Source of the DNA: Eledone cirrhosa
Lineage: Eukaryota
DNA length: 64,000 bases
Direction: 5' to 3'
Assembly: GCA_964016885.1 (NCBI GenBank)
Contig: OZ024741.1
Coordinates: 329,964,001 to 330,028,000, forward strand
Position numbers and translations under genes: made by a program. Every line of letters begins with the position of its first letter. Position 1 is the stretch's first letter. Of the stretch, positions 1 through 12,408 are shown in pieces. The notes beneath the pieces were generated by a model. That model was not told the DNA's origin and searched no databases. It saw nothing but the letters and a program-made list of their open reading frames with translations.

Positions 1-106
1 CCTGTATGAGCAAGACATAGTCACCAGACCTAGCATTCTCCACAACAGGATAACCCGTCTAACCCATGTTAGCATGGAAAATGAACGTAAGACGGATGTG
101 ATGATG
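1..106 (+). mobile_element. 3' tail remnant of RTE-clade LINE
   Basis: cacaacagga-aacccgtctaacccatg-tagcatggaa...gatgatg matches the 3' ends of the RTE copies at 16177 and 26667. Confidence 0.6.
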
Positions 107-1589
107 TTATATGTATATACACACAAATAAATATATATATATATATGTGTGTGTGTGCATGTATTATGTTGGTCCTACAAAACATCCAGCCCACACTGTA
201 AAATGGTCGTGTAAAAGACACGGTAAAAAGCACCCAACGCACACTGTAAATGTGTTTTTTTTTATTTCTTTCTCTTCTGCTATGGTTTATGTATTGATCA
301 TGTATTGGGTTTGATTCAGTCAATTGCTCCCCCGCTGTCTCTCTTTGAACGTTTTTGATCGATTATTTTAAGTTGGGGAATTGTCAATGTTATGATTTCT
401 TAGCAAAACATAAAAAATGTGAACAGATACTGGTACTAGGACTAGCTATAGTCAATCAATGTTAACAGCTACTGGTATTAGGACTAAATACTGTCAGTTT
501 ATGTGACTCTTGTTCTTACTTGTATCCATGATTTAGGAAATCAAAAAAATCTGCATAAATCCAGAATCAGTAAATTTAGTCACTGAGGTACACTCACCTC
601 AAGGTTTTGAACTTTTGATATAGTACTATATACATTATAAGCATGTGTATAAGAAAAAAAAATAGCTAACAGTTAGATATGGGAAAATACGCTTCCCTCA
701 TACACACATGCTGTCAGACACAAACACACCCCATGTCACACACATACACAATGTCACGTACATACATACACACAAATACTCTCTCTTTCACACACATATT
801 GTCACACACAAAAGAAATTAAGTCTTCCACGTTTGATTATGCATAACAACAACAACTACAATAGAATATGTTCTGCCTCTTATTCAGTCATTTGTGCAAG
901 ATCCTTGAATAAATAACAATAGCAACAAAAAGAAAAAAAAGAAAAGAAACTATAAAAGTACTAAACAATTAAAGTAACTTAAAAGCAAAACTATACATAA
1001 CAGGGTATTGAATAAATCAATATATCTAGTAAATAACTATATATATATATATATTAAGACAGGGGGGAAGAAAAAATGGCTTCACTTGTGCTTTCAACAA
1101 ATTTATTTTCTTCACAAAATCCAAAAAGAATTTTTCTTGATTGTTGGTTAGGTCTTAGGAGTTCTTGGTTAACGTAGGAGGTATTGTTTCGTTTTTAGAA
1201 AGACCTTTCACGCTGAGGTGCGCTTGTCAAACTGATGTGTATGTGGTGTGTTGTTCTATATATAGGGATTTAACATGTCTGTGGTGTGGTGGGGGTTTCT
1301 TTTCTCCCCCTTTAATAAGTGCATGGGTGTAGGTGTGTTGAAAAAGTGTTCATAGCAGTAATGAGTTGAGACGGTGAGTAGGGTTGGGTGGGGAGAAATG
1401 TAGCAAGTGCGGCCTGCCCCAGGCATTCTCGAAAAATTCCTTTATTCAGGGGAAAAAGCTTTTAGCATTGCTTTTGTGTTGAGAATGGTCACAGGCAAAT
1501 CGCACCTGTCAAGTTTGTGAATAATTATTTTTTTCTTTTTTTCCTGAAGAATTTTTCTACGTCCATCCCAAAGTTAGTCCTTTGTTCAA

Positions 1590-1806
1590 CACACACATAT
1601 GTGTGCATGTACGTACATACACACACGGGCATATGTAGGAATATATAGGCACACACCATCAATCACACACCCATGTACAAATACATACACAAAAACATAT
1701 AGAGACACATATAAAAACACACATACACATACGTACACACACGAATATGTACTCATACCTCCACATGGGTATATATATATATACATATACACACATATAT
1801 ACACAT

Positions 1807-1863
<57 letters not shown>

Positions 1864-1884
1864 CACATACACATACACACACAT

Positions 1885-1965
<81 letters not shown>

Positions 1966-2474
1966 CATATATACATACATATACATACATACATATACAT
2001 ACATATACACACATAAAGATACATAACTAAATATACATATATACACACATACACACATACACGCACACATACACACACACACACGCACGTGTATACACAC
2101 ACACACACACACACATATACATATGTCCGTATATATACCCCTCCGTTCACACATACATGCATACATACACACACATACACACATACATCTATATATATAT
2201 ACACATATAAAGAGAGAGGCACACACACACACACACATACATATATATATATATGCGTATACACGAGCACATAAAGACACATATACACATACACATATAT
2301 ATACATATATATATACATATATATACACATACATCTACATACATACATATACACAAACAGAAACATACACATATGTACACACATATATACATATATGCAC
2401 ATACATTCACATACACACACATATATATAGGTACATACACATACATACACACACACATAAACATACATATCTAT

Positions 2475-2555
<81 letters not shown>

Positions 2556-2602
2556 TATATACAAACATACACATATATACATGTACATATACACATATAT
2601 AC

Positions 2603-2653
<51 letters not shown>

Positions 2654-3062
2654 TATATACATATATATATACACACACACATACAAACATACACACATCC
2701 ATACATATATGTATATATATACACACACACACACACCCACATACACACACCCACATACATATATACCCACACGTACATACATCCATACATCCCTTCACAC
2801 ATATATGTGTGTGTCTCACCGTTCATTCAGATATTCATGTGTATACATAAGAAGAGGGGGGGGGGGTATGTATACACATAAATATCTGAATGAACGGTGA
2901 GACACACACATATATGTGTGAAGGGATGTATGGATGTATGTACGTGTGGGTATATATGTATGTGGGTGTGTGTATGTGGGTGTGTGTGTGTGTGTATATA
3001 TATACATATATGTATGGATGTGTGTATGTTTGTATGTGTGTGTGTATATATATATGTATATA

Positions 3063-3119
<57 letters not shown>

Positions 3120-3158
3120 GTGTATATGTACATGTATGTATGTGTATGTTTGTATATA

Positions 3159-3239
<81 letters not shown>

Positions 3240-3812
3240 ATAGATATGTATGTTTAAGTGTGTGTGTATGTATGTGTATGTACCTATATATATGTGTGTG
3301 TGTGTGTGTATGTATGTGCATATATGTATATATGTGTGTACATATGTGTATGTTTCTGTTTGTGTATATGTATGTATGTATGTAGATGTATGTATATATA
3401 TATGTATATATATGTATATATATGTGTATGTGTATATGTGTCTTTATGTGCTCGTGTATACGCACACATATATATATGTATGTGTGTATGTGTGTATGTA
3501 TGTGTGTGTATGTGTATATATATGTATATATATATATGTATGTATATATGTATATATATATATATATGTATGTATGTATGTACATGTATGTGTATGTATG
3601 TATGTGTGTATGTATGTACTTGTATGTGTATGTGTATGTATGTGTATATATATACACATATATATATATATATATATGTGTATATGTATGTGTATGTGTA
3701 TATATATGTATATGGATATGTATGTATGTGTATATGTATGTGTATATGTGTGTATGTGTCTGTATGTATTTATGTGTACATATGTGTATATGTATATGTA
3801 TGTATGTGTGTG

Positions 3813-3883
<71 letters not shown>

Positions 3884-3994
3884 GTGTGTGTGTGTATGCC
3901 TCTCTCTTTATATGTGTATATATATATAGATGTATGTGTGTATGTGTGTGTATGTATGCATGTATGTGAACGGAGGGGTATATATACGGACATA

Positions 3995-4025
<31 letters not shown>

Positions 4026-4146
4026 ATACACGTGCGTTTGTGTGTGTGTGTATGTGTGCGTGTATGTGTGTATGTGTGTATATATGTACATTTAGTTATG
4101 TATCTTTATGTGTGTATATGTATGTATATGTATGTATATGTATGTA

Positions 4147-4235
<89 letters not shown>

Positions 4236-4396
4236 ATGTGTATGTGTATGTATATATATATATATATATGTATGTATATGTGTATATATGTGTGTATATG
4301 TATATATATATACACCCATGTGGAGGTATGAGTACATATTCGTGTGTGTACGTATGTGTATGTGTGTTTTTATATGTCTCTATATGTTTTTGTGTA
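1590..4396. repeat. Compound (TA)n/(CA)n/(TACA)n microsatellite field
   Basis: Direct reading; CA-rich left of 2850 and TG-rich right of it. Confidence 0.95.
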
Positions 4397-4949
4397 TTTA
4401 GCAGTATTGGTTATAGATGTTATCGCCACTTTAGCAGGGTGGTAGAATCAGTGGTCGTTAGTTGCCAGTGTGGTAAGTGATAGTATCCTCGTTGGATTAT
4501 CTTGTTGACATAGACGTGAGGGAAGGTCCCTCGATCTATTTACCATCTATTTACAATATTCCTTTCGTCAGGTCGCCAATTCCAGCAGCATGGATTAAAG
4601 ATGTCATTGAGACACGAGTAACATAACAACGACTTCAACCGCAGTAATTAGAGATGCAATGTTTGTTTATTTATATGGTTGAAGTTACAGATAAAAAGAG
4701 GTTACAAAATGGAATGTGCCATTGCGCCGTTAAGCCGGCGAGGCTAGTGGTGCAATATCTCACTGTTACATTATGCGTGTTGCTGGCTTGAAGTTTCCGG
4801 TACAAGAGCGAGATTCTTCAAATCTTCGCGGTGAATTTCTTCCTCAGGGCGCGTAGGGATACATCCTCTTCTACTGGCGCTGATTGGCTGAACTGAGCCA
4901 AATCACGCACAGAGAATGTATGTGAGCCCGCGGAATGTAGGTCACTACA
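4397..4949 (-). mobile_element. Solo LTR (Gypsy-type), 553 bp, 4-bp TSD TGTA
   Basis: Absent from the left palindrome arm; flanked by TGTA at 4393-4396 and 4950-4953 (5-bp TGTAT also fits); termini TTTAG...CTACA; CCAAT and AATAAA on the minus strand. Confidence 0.75.
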
Positions 4950-5052
4950 TGTATGTATTTGTACATGGGTGTGTGATTGATGGTGTGTGCCTATATATTC
5001 CTACATATGCCCGTGTGTGTATGTACGTACATGCACACATATGTGTGTGTTG

Positions 5053-5615
5053 AACAAAGGACTAACTTTGGGATGGACGTAGAAAAATTCTTCAGGAAAA
5101 AAAGAAAAAAATAATTATTCACAAACTTGACAGGTGCGATTTGCCTGTGACCATTCTCAACACAAAAGCAATGCTAAAAGCTTTTTCCCCTGAATAAAGG
5201 AATTTTTCGAGAATGCCTGGGGCAGGCCGCACTTGCTACATTTCTCCCCACCCAACCCTACTCACCGTCTCAACTCATTACTGCTATGAACACTTTTTCA
5301 ACACACCTACACCCATGCACTTATTAAAGGGGGAGAAAAGAAACCCCCACCACACCACAGACATGTTAAATCCCTATATATAGAACAACACACCACATAC
5401 ACATCAGTTTGACAAGCGCACCTCAGCGTGAAAGGTCTTTCTAAAAACGAAACAATACCTCCTACGTTAACCAAGAACTCCTAAGACCTAACTAACAACC
5501 AACAACTTAATTTATAAAATAATATTTTTTTAAAGAAAAATTCTTTTTGGATTTTGTGAAGAAAATAAATTTGTTGAAAGCACAAGTGAAGCCATTTTTT
5601 CTTCCCCCCTGTCTT
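5053..5615 (+). mobile_element. Possible degraded L1/Tx1-like 3' end (mirrored at 1055-1588)
   Basis: Disrupted reading QVRFACDH...KEFFENAWG loosely resembles the C-terminus of Tx1/L1 ORF2; weak. Confidence 0.3.
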
Positions 5616-6057
5616 AATATACCTAACTGTACCAAGGATTACACACATTTTCCAATATATATATATATATATATACATATATATACATATACATGTATGC
5701 ACACACGCACACATATATATAATGAGAGGTTGTCCATAGGATCAGATAAGAAGTATCTCCCATGAACTAACTATCTCATTTAACAAGGAGTTTAATAGAA
5801 ATATATTTAGTCATCTAATAGTGAATATTGAGGAGATTATAACAGCAACAACATCAACAGCAGCAGCAACAATAACAACATCAACAACATTAACCTCAAC
5901 AACAGTGGCAATCTATAGACCTAGGATACTAACATTTTAAACTGTTTCTCCCTTGTATTGTAACTCTGGCCAACTTCCAGATTTTTGGCAGAAAATAGAA
6001 TTTATAAATCCAAAAGTTTTTGTTTCAAAAGATAGAGGAGACAATAATAATAATAAT

Positions 6058-6154
6058 AATTGTTTCTACTTTTTGACACAAGGCCAGCAATTATCCAGTG
6101 CATTACTGGTACTTTATTTTATAGACCCCGTAAGGATGAAAGGCAAAGTTAACC
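6058..6154 (-). mobile_element. Nin-domain SINE 3' fragment
   Basis: Reverse complement of ggttaactttgcctttcatcc..ggggtc.ataaaataaagtaccag seen in the full copy at 48687. Confidence 0.75.
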
Positions 6155-6226
6155 AAAGTTAATAATAATAATAATAATAAAACCAAGGGGAAGAAGAAAG
6201 ACAAGCCGAAACTCCTTTCTAGAGAA

Positions 6227-6271
6227 ATGGTGGTGCGCTGTTTGTTTTGGCTGTTACTGCTCTTTGCTGGG
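6227..6271 (+). CDS. Host gene coding exon 1 (signal peptide MVVRCLFWLLLLFAG)
   Basis: gaaATGG start context, 45 nt, hydrophobic, ends at the donor GG|GTAAGT in phase 0; joins exon 2 to complete a signal peptide. Confidence 0.75.
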
Positions 6272-6324
6272 GTAAGTTCCATATGAATTGTTTGATATTT
6301 TTTTAATTCTTTCTTTTGGGAGAC

Positions 6325-6690
6325 ACATGCCCTTGTGGTAAGGTTGTTGAACTTACGATTATAATGTCATGGGTTTGATTCTTGGATTGAGTTGTGTTTT
6401 ATGTTCTTGAGCAAAACACTTCATTTTACATTGATCCAGTATACTCAACTGAAAAAAAATAAGTACCAGCAATAGCTGGATGGTTTAACCTTGCGATGGA
6501 GAAAGTTTTGTACTCTTGGTCGCTTCATGCTACGGATCAGGATAAGCACTGGCCTGATGAGCCTATTTTTAATCATGCAATGGATTGGCATCCTGTCCAG
6601 GGAGAGTCTTGTACTCTCAGTCACTTCAGACCATGAAAACCAGGATAAGCACTGGCTTAATGACCCTCTGGGCTCAAAACAGACCTTAGA
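6325..6690 (+). mobile_element. Degraded tRNA-derived SINE with conserved central domains
   Basis: Degenerate A/B boxes, CORE-like ttcttgagcaaaacacttc, and a duplicated gcgatgga...cgcttcatgctac...gataagcactggc block. Confidence 0.5.
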
Positions 6691-7249
6691 CATTTTTTTC
6701 TTTGGGACTGAAATAACATTATCTATGAAAGTTAATTCATGTTTTATTAAGTTCAGTTGTGGAGATATGCCATTAATGATGATGTAATATTGTGAATTTA
6801 TAACATTTTCCCTGAGATAACGACCTTTAAGTGGCAATTGTCAGATATTCTGTAATTATACTCAGAATTAATTAGAGGTTAAGGGCTGAAACACTTGCTT
6901 GAGAGGGCATTCCTTACCTGAAGACCTGTTATCCAGCTCTTCTGGGGGTTTCTTACCACTGTGGCTTGTTCCTGTCATTGTTTTGTTTTTGTTTTTTTTT
7001 GTTTGTTTTTTTTCTATTAAGTCTCTAGAGAAGTTAAGGGCCACAACACTTGCTTGAGGTTTTTTTTTCTCTGAAAATCTTCTGCTGACCATCCCTCCTG
7101 AAAATTTCTTACCACATTGATTAATTAACAATTAGTAGAAGCTACAGATTCTTTATCTTGGTGGATAGGCTTGTTAAAAATGGAGTTCGAATCTTGATTT
7201 TCATTAGAATCACTATTTGCTATTTTAGATTTTTATCTAAATCAGCTAA

Positions 7250-7410
7250 GGTGGCAAATTGGCAGATTTGTTAGAACATCTGATAGAATGCTTTGCAGTT
7301 TTCATTTTGACTCTCTGCTCTCTGAGTTCAAATCCTGCCGAGGTCAACTTTGCCTTTCATTCATTTAAGATCAATAAAAAAAAAAGTACCAGTCAAGTGC
7401 TGGGTCGATT
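7250..7410 (+). mobile_element. Nin-domain SINE, degraded
   Basis: B box gagttcaaatcc followed by gccgaggtcaactttgcctttcat. Confidence 0.75.
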
Positions 7411-7649
7411 TTTCTTCAATATCTCTTTCTCACTCTCTGTCCTCTGGAAGAAATCTGCTGTATTCAGACCTGGAGAGGATTGGGATCCACCAGGTTTAAA
7501 ATTGCTCTAGAAATGCTGAATGTCAGTATGGCTCTCCCATGACTCCCCCAGGAGTTACGGAACTATGCAGACATCTAAATCAGCTAATGGATTACTTGCT
7601 AAGTTTTTGTTTTAACTGATATTAGAGTTAACAATGTAAACTGGAGCAA

Positions 7650-7915
7650 ATCATGCTCGACCTCACCTTACGTGATAGGAAAAGCAACACTTGGATTCAA
7701 AAGCAGATTGGAGTGAAGGACATAATCAAGACCATCAAGAAGGGCACTCCTGGCATAGTGGACACCAAGTTAACGAAAAAGAACCAGAGAGCAGCCAAAG
7801 GCCAGAAAGTGTGATTATCTTACCTGATACCTCAGACCCACATGGCCCAATATGGCCAGAGATAGAAAATGGTAGAATTCAACTGGGAAGGGGTTCCACC
7901 AACAGGAGTGAGAAG
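7650..7915 (+). mobile_element. Old RTE-clade LINE C-terminal remnant
   Basis: Reads IMLDLTLRDRKSNTWIQKQIGVKDIIKTIKK, typical of the RTE ORF C-terminus. Confidence 0.55.
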
Positions 7916-8009
7916 GCCATATATTTTATATTTTGGGGATTTTTAGAATTATGAAAATGCTTATTTATTTTGCTGTGGTTACTAAAGGCTACATAGCCTG
8001 TTGATTATA

Positions 8010-8213
8010 GGGCAGTGGATTAGCAAAAATCGGTAGAGCATCAAACAATATGTTTGCGGCATATACTTACAGCTCTTTATTGTTCTGAGTTCAAATCCTG
8101 CCAAAGTTAGCTTTGCCTTTCATTGTTAAGGGATCGATAAAATAACACACTGGTCTGTATTTAATCGCCTTTCTTTCGAATTGCTGGCCTTATGCTTGAA
8201 GGAGAAACAATTA
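8010..8213 (+). mobile_element. Nin-domain SINE, degraded
   Basis: A and B boxes, ctttgcctttcat...gataaaata and the ttgctggcctt tail. Confidence 0.7.
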
Positions 8214-8337
8214 CTAATCCTTACATTATCAGGTTGACATTTATTTACTCTAAGTGTAACAATATTACATACCGATAACCCTGTTTTTACTGTTACTGGT
8301 GCAGTAGGTTATTCTGTTATGATAACCTAATCTAGCT

Positions 8338-8512
8338 AAGACCTCATTATAATGGACAGTATTTTGGATAAATATAGGGTCAGACCTCATTATAATAGAC
8401 AGGCTGTATTTTGGTTAAATATAGAGTCAGACATCATTATAACAGTATTTTGGTTAGATATAGGATCAGACATCATTATAACAGAGAGTATTTTGGTTAA
8501 ATATAGGGTCAG
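8338..8512. repeat. Minisatellite, about 4 x 42-48 bp
   Basis: Repeated agac(c/a)tcattataa...gtattttggttaaatatagggtc. Confidence 0.85.
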
Positions 8513-8514
8513 AA

Positions 8515-9975
8515 CCCTACGAGTGAGGTGACATGAACCCTCATGTCACCTCACTCGTCCTTCCACTTTCAGTAAGGCGTACCCCAACTTCCGGCAGCAA
8601 CTCCCCCTCCCTGATCTCAAGGATCAATCATTCCATTACATTACTCCATGTCAAAGTCCACCATCCACCTGGTTGGTCGGTGGTCCCATTGCAATCTCTG
8701 CACTGTTGGGGCGACACTTTCCTTCTCTTCCTCGAAGTCCGTCAAATGAATGACTCTATGTACATCCAAGACGTGAGGTGGCATTCCGTCCACAGACACG
8801 TTGTTTCGGGAATTTATGACTGTGTTACCATTCCCTTTCCCCACTGAGATGTTCAACGCACATTCAGGGACTTGACCCAGACTTTTTCGCCCACTCGTAC
8901 GAATGCATTCTCTCTCTCCTCCACTGGTTGTTGTGACACCATGCACAAATGTTGCTATTCATATCTATATATTGCCCTGTGTGGAACTGACTCCTTGGCC
9001 TGTCCCACCCAAGAATATCTCTCTCAGTGTCCACGCAATTTCCTCCACAGTCCCCGTCTCCATTTCCTTCCATATCGCCATCCGTCCTGGCCCACAATCG
9101 ACCATTGAAAGATATGTCCCTTGTCGGTAGTGTTTCACATCCATCACGAATCATTTCCAGTTGTACTTCACCAGGATACTACCCCCCGTTTCATGCACGC
9201 CTGGGGCAGGGTCGATAGACAGGCATCTGTCACAATTCCCAACCACTTTCTAGATATTCCGTCTGCTAACGTTGGAGTCAATTTTTCTGGCTAGGAACAG
9301 GGTCCTATCCACTCCCATATGATGCAGGGTATGCAACCTCCTCAACTCCAAGTTACTCAGCTGACACACCAAAGCAGACATCCGTGACCTCACCGACTGC
9401 GGGGCATGACATGTGTTTGTTCAGTTCACAAACGTCCATCACCGGTCTGACCTTGTTCTTCATTAGTGGCAACATTTCACTCTTTATCTCTTCCTTCCAA
9501 GGGATCAATATGCCTTCCTTGATCCATCTTTGCACCTCTCCCTCAAACTCACTTCTGGCATCGCCTTTCAAGGTATGCTGGTAGCAGCTCATTCAGTTCA
9601 CTTCAGCATTAGAGGTTCTCCTTTCCAGTACCACTCAACTACCCACCATTGCCCATCAAACACAGCCCTGAAATCTTTGTCCTGTATGGTGTGAACAGTA
9701 TGTTTTTCTTTGTGGATCTCCTGTTCCCCTGCTGCACAATCACAGCGCATGATGTTCCCATGCTACCAAACGTTACCCCGACCTTACTCATTGTAACACC
9801 TCCTAAGCAGCCAATCGCATCCATGCTCATTACCACATCAATTCCATCCATCACATGGTCAATAATGATTGCCTGCAGCCTTATTTTTCTTCCCCGTACC
9901 ATAATCTCCACCTCATTACTACCTCTGCATCTAATCTCCCTGCCATCAACTGCCCTCACACTATTCATCCCACTC
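8515..9975 (-). mobile_element. Degraded, internally deleted Gypsy LTR retrotransposon (protease, RT start, integrase, PPT)
   Basis: KNKVRPVMD, DVKHYRQGTYLSMVDCGPGR and VNSRNNVSVDGMP-type motifs; PPT gagatcagggaggggg; same family as 40299-42683. Confidence 0.85.
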
Positions 9976-10352
9976 TACTTTTTAACCACCGCTCTCCATG
10001 AATTTCTGTCCATAGTATTGACATCGGCCAAGTCCCATTTATACAAATCACTCTTCACGCACTCTAACCACGTCTTCCTTGGTCTGCCGCGATCTCTAGT
10101 GCCAGGGATTGCCAAGTGAGTGATGGAGTTGATGCAAGGCGTGGCTCGCTGTACATGTCTGTAGCAATGGAGACGTCTGTGAAGGACAGCAGTGATCTCA
10201 TCCACACCCAGCTTCTGATGGAGCAAGGTTGAAGGGGTCTCATCTTTCAATTTGGTGCCACAGATCCACCTAATCATGGCATGATCATTTCGCCTGAACC
10301 ATTGCAGATCTGAGGTATTCGGAGCCCATGTCTCACTGCCATTGCAGAGCAA
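9976..10352 (-). mobile_element. RTE LINE C-terminal fragment
   Basis: GSETWA...MIRWICG...RGRPRKTW...DRNSWR motifs. Confidence 0.85.
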
Positions 10353-10683
10353 ACACAAGCAAAAAACAAGATGAAAAGTGCCAAGCTAATAGGAGTTATA
10401 GAGAATAAAAAGACCGAGAAAAGAGGAAAGAGTGAGGACTGTAAAATTTTACCATAGTAATTTTATTTATTTAAAATCCATTCTCAAGAGAGGATCCGTG
10501 TATAGGTATTTAAAGAGTAATTGGAGAAGAGTTGTTCTTTGGCTGGCAGATTAATTTAAATGTATGAAAAAAACAGTAAAATAAGTTTTGTGTGTGCATA
10601 GTGAAAGACATGTGAGAATATGTGTGTGATAAATGTATGTGCGTCAGTGTAAGTTTGAGTAAGGAAAGACATGTGAAAATATA

Positions 10684-11584
10684 TCTATATATATAAAACT
10701 GAGGATGTCTGTCTGTGTGTGTGTGAGTTTGAATCCCTAAAACTCGAGAAGCACCCAACCGACTGTTTTCAAACTTTACACATGTAATACTTATGTTTCA
10801 AGGAGTGTTCTGAGCAAAAAGAATTTCAAATTTTCAATGCCCTAGGGACCGCATTAGGCGATTTAGCGATCTCTCTCTCTATAATTCTTAGTATTTCTCT
10901 TTTTAGATAGATACATACATATAACGTCGCGCCCTTATAATATCTGTCTGTATGTCTGGCTGTCGGCATTACGTCACTTCCCTGAGGATGTCTGTCTGTG
11001 TGTGTCTGTGAGTTTGAATCACTGAAACTCGAGAAGTATCCAACCGATTTTTTTCAAACTTTACACGTGTATTACTTGTTTCAGGGAGTGTTATGCACAT
11101 AAAAAATTCAACATTTCTAGGGCCTGCATTAGGTGAAAAACTGCGTTTTTTAAGCTTTTTAGGGGCTTTTTGAGGCGTTACGTCAGACCGATTTCCTTGA
11201 AATTGTAACTATGTATTAATCGGTCTCTTCTTCATACCGTGAGCAAAGAAAATCCAACTTTTTTATGGCCTAGGGCCTGCATTAGGTGAAAAACTTCATT
11301 TTTTCAGCTTTTTATGACTTTTTGGAGGCGTTACGCCTAGCCGATTTTCCCGAAATTTCAAGGCATATTATGCACATAAAAAAATTTATTTTATGATCCC
11401 CTAGGTGAAAACTTGCATTTTTCCTGCTTCATCGAGGAAAATCTTAAAGATTATACAGCCATCAGAGTATTCGGTTTATTTTCTTTACATATTGTCCAGG
11501 CATGCAGTTTTTTCACGATTAGTTCTGTTGGCGGCCTGCGTTCCAAAATACCTTATCCCGTGTAACACCGGGTACCACTGCTAG
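10684..11584 (+). mobile_element. Non-autonomous Helitron, 901 bp
   Basis: 5' TC, 3' hairpin cccgtgtaacaccggg followed by CTAG, inserted between A and T with no TSD; empty site present in the inverted arm at about 15591-15610. Confidence 0.92.
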
Positions 11585-11739
11585 TGTATGATATAATGGA
11601 AAACCCTGTGTGAATATGTGTATTATATATGTATGTGTGTGTGTGTGAGTGTAAGTGTGTGTAGAGAGAGAAACAGATTTAATTTGAATGAATGAGTGAA
11701 AACATTATAGTTTAATGTGAGTATGTGTATGATATATGT

Positions 11740-11773
<34 letters not shown>

Positions 11774-12260
11774 AGTGTAAGTCTGTATGTGTAGAGAGGA
11801 ACAGATTTCAGGGTAAGGGAGTAAAAGGTGTATGAGTGTAGTTGATCTGTGACATTTCTTTGTTTATTTGTCTCAGGCATACTCCTTAATACCTTCCAGA
11901 TATTCATGCTGTTAGGACTCAGATGTCCCTGAGAATGGGCAGCTGGGATGTCAGAACGATGGCATAATTATGTTGGATAAGTTAAATTAGCCATTCTGGC
12001 ACACTACTTTTCATTCAATGATTGATGGCAAGTTTTAGTCACTTGATCAAGAGGCCTCCTTTGATATTCAGCATGGCTATACTGCGTTCAGTAGCTAAGA
12101 CAGTTTGGTTATGTTATTGTCTCAGTTTCCACGTTAAATGATGTTTGTGGAAAGAAGAGGAGTTGGTGTTAATATGTTCTTTAATTCAGAGATGTAATGG
12201 TTGAATAGTGCTGCCTATGTAGAATAGATTGCACTTGTTACATTCTAACCTGTATACCAT

Positions 12261-12408
12261 GAAAAACATGGGCGGAGGTGGTGAGAGCAGATCTCATATT
12301 GCTGAAACTCACGGAGGAGATGACGAAGGACCGTGACAAGTGGAGAGATGCTGTGCTGAATAGGACCCATCCCACCCTTGCAAGCAGGGAAAAGCGGACG
12401 TAAAATGA
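12261..12408 (+). mobile_element. Short RTE 3' end inserted in the PLE arm
   Basis: KTWAEVVRADL...DRDKWR followed by the tail gcaagcagggaaaagcggacgtaaaatga; absent from the opposite arm. Confidence 0.75.

Larger units (their letters stand above)
1050..5621. repeat. About 4.6 kb foldback (inverted repeat); arms 1050-2849 and 2867-5621, 17-nt purine loop at 2850-2866
   Basis: Unique anchors are reverse complements (attaagacaggggggaag / cttcccccctgtcttaat; tcaccgttcattcagatatt / aatatctgaatgaacggtga); the arms differ in microsatellite length and by one insertion. Confidence 0.95.

Noticed and set aside
2850-2866. Palindrome as an untrimmed sequencing-adapter chimera
   Set aside because: The loop does not resemble a hairpin adapter, and the arms differ by a TSD-flanked insertion and many indels; a haplotype mis-join is not excluded.
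1586-4480. Dozens of long YI/HT/CV-rich ORFs (also 54795-56510 and 58791-59680)
   Set aside because: They are translations of dinucleotide microsatellites, which lack stop codons in most frames.
8338-8512. CRISPR-like repeat array
   Set aside because: The units are contiguous without unique spacers, the context is eukaryotic and there are no cas genes; it is a minisatellite.
11923-11965. Hammerhead-like fold (mirror copy at about 15238-15280)
   Set aside because: The core reads CUGAGAA and GAAC-GAU, so conserved catalytic positions are broken.
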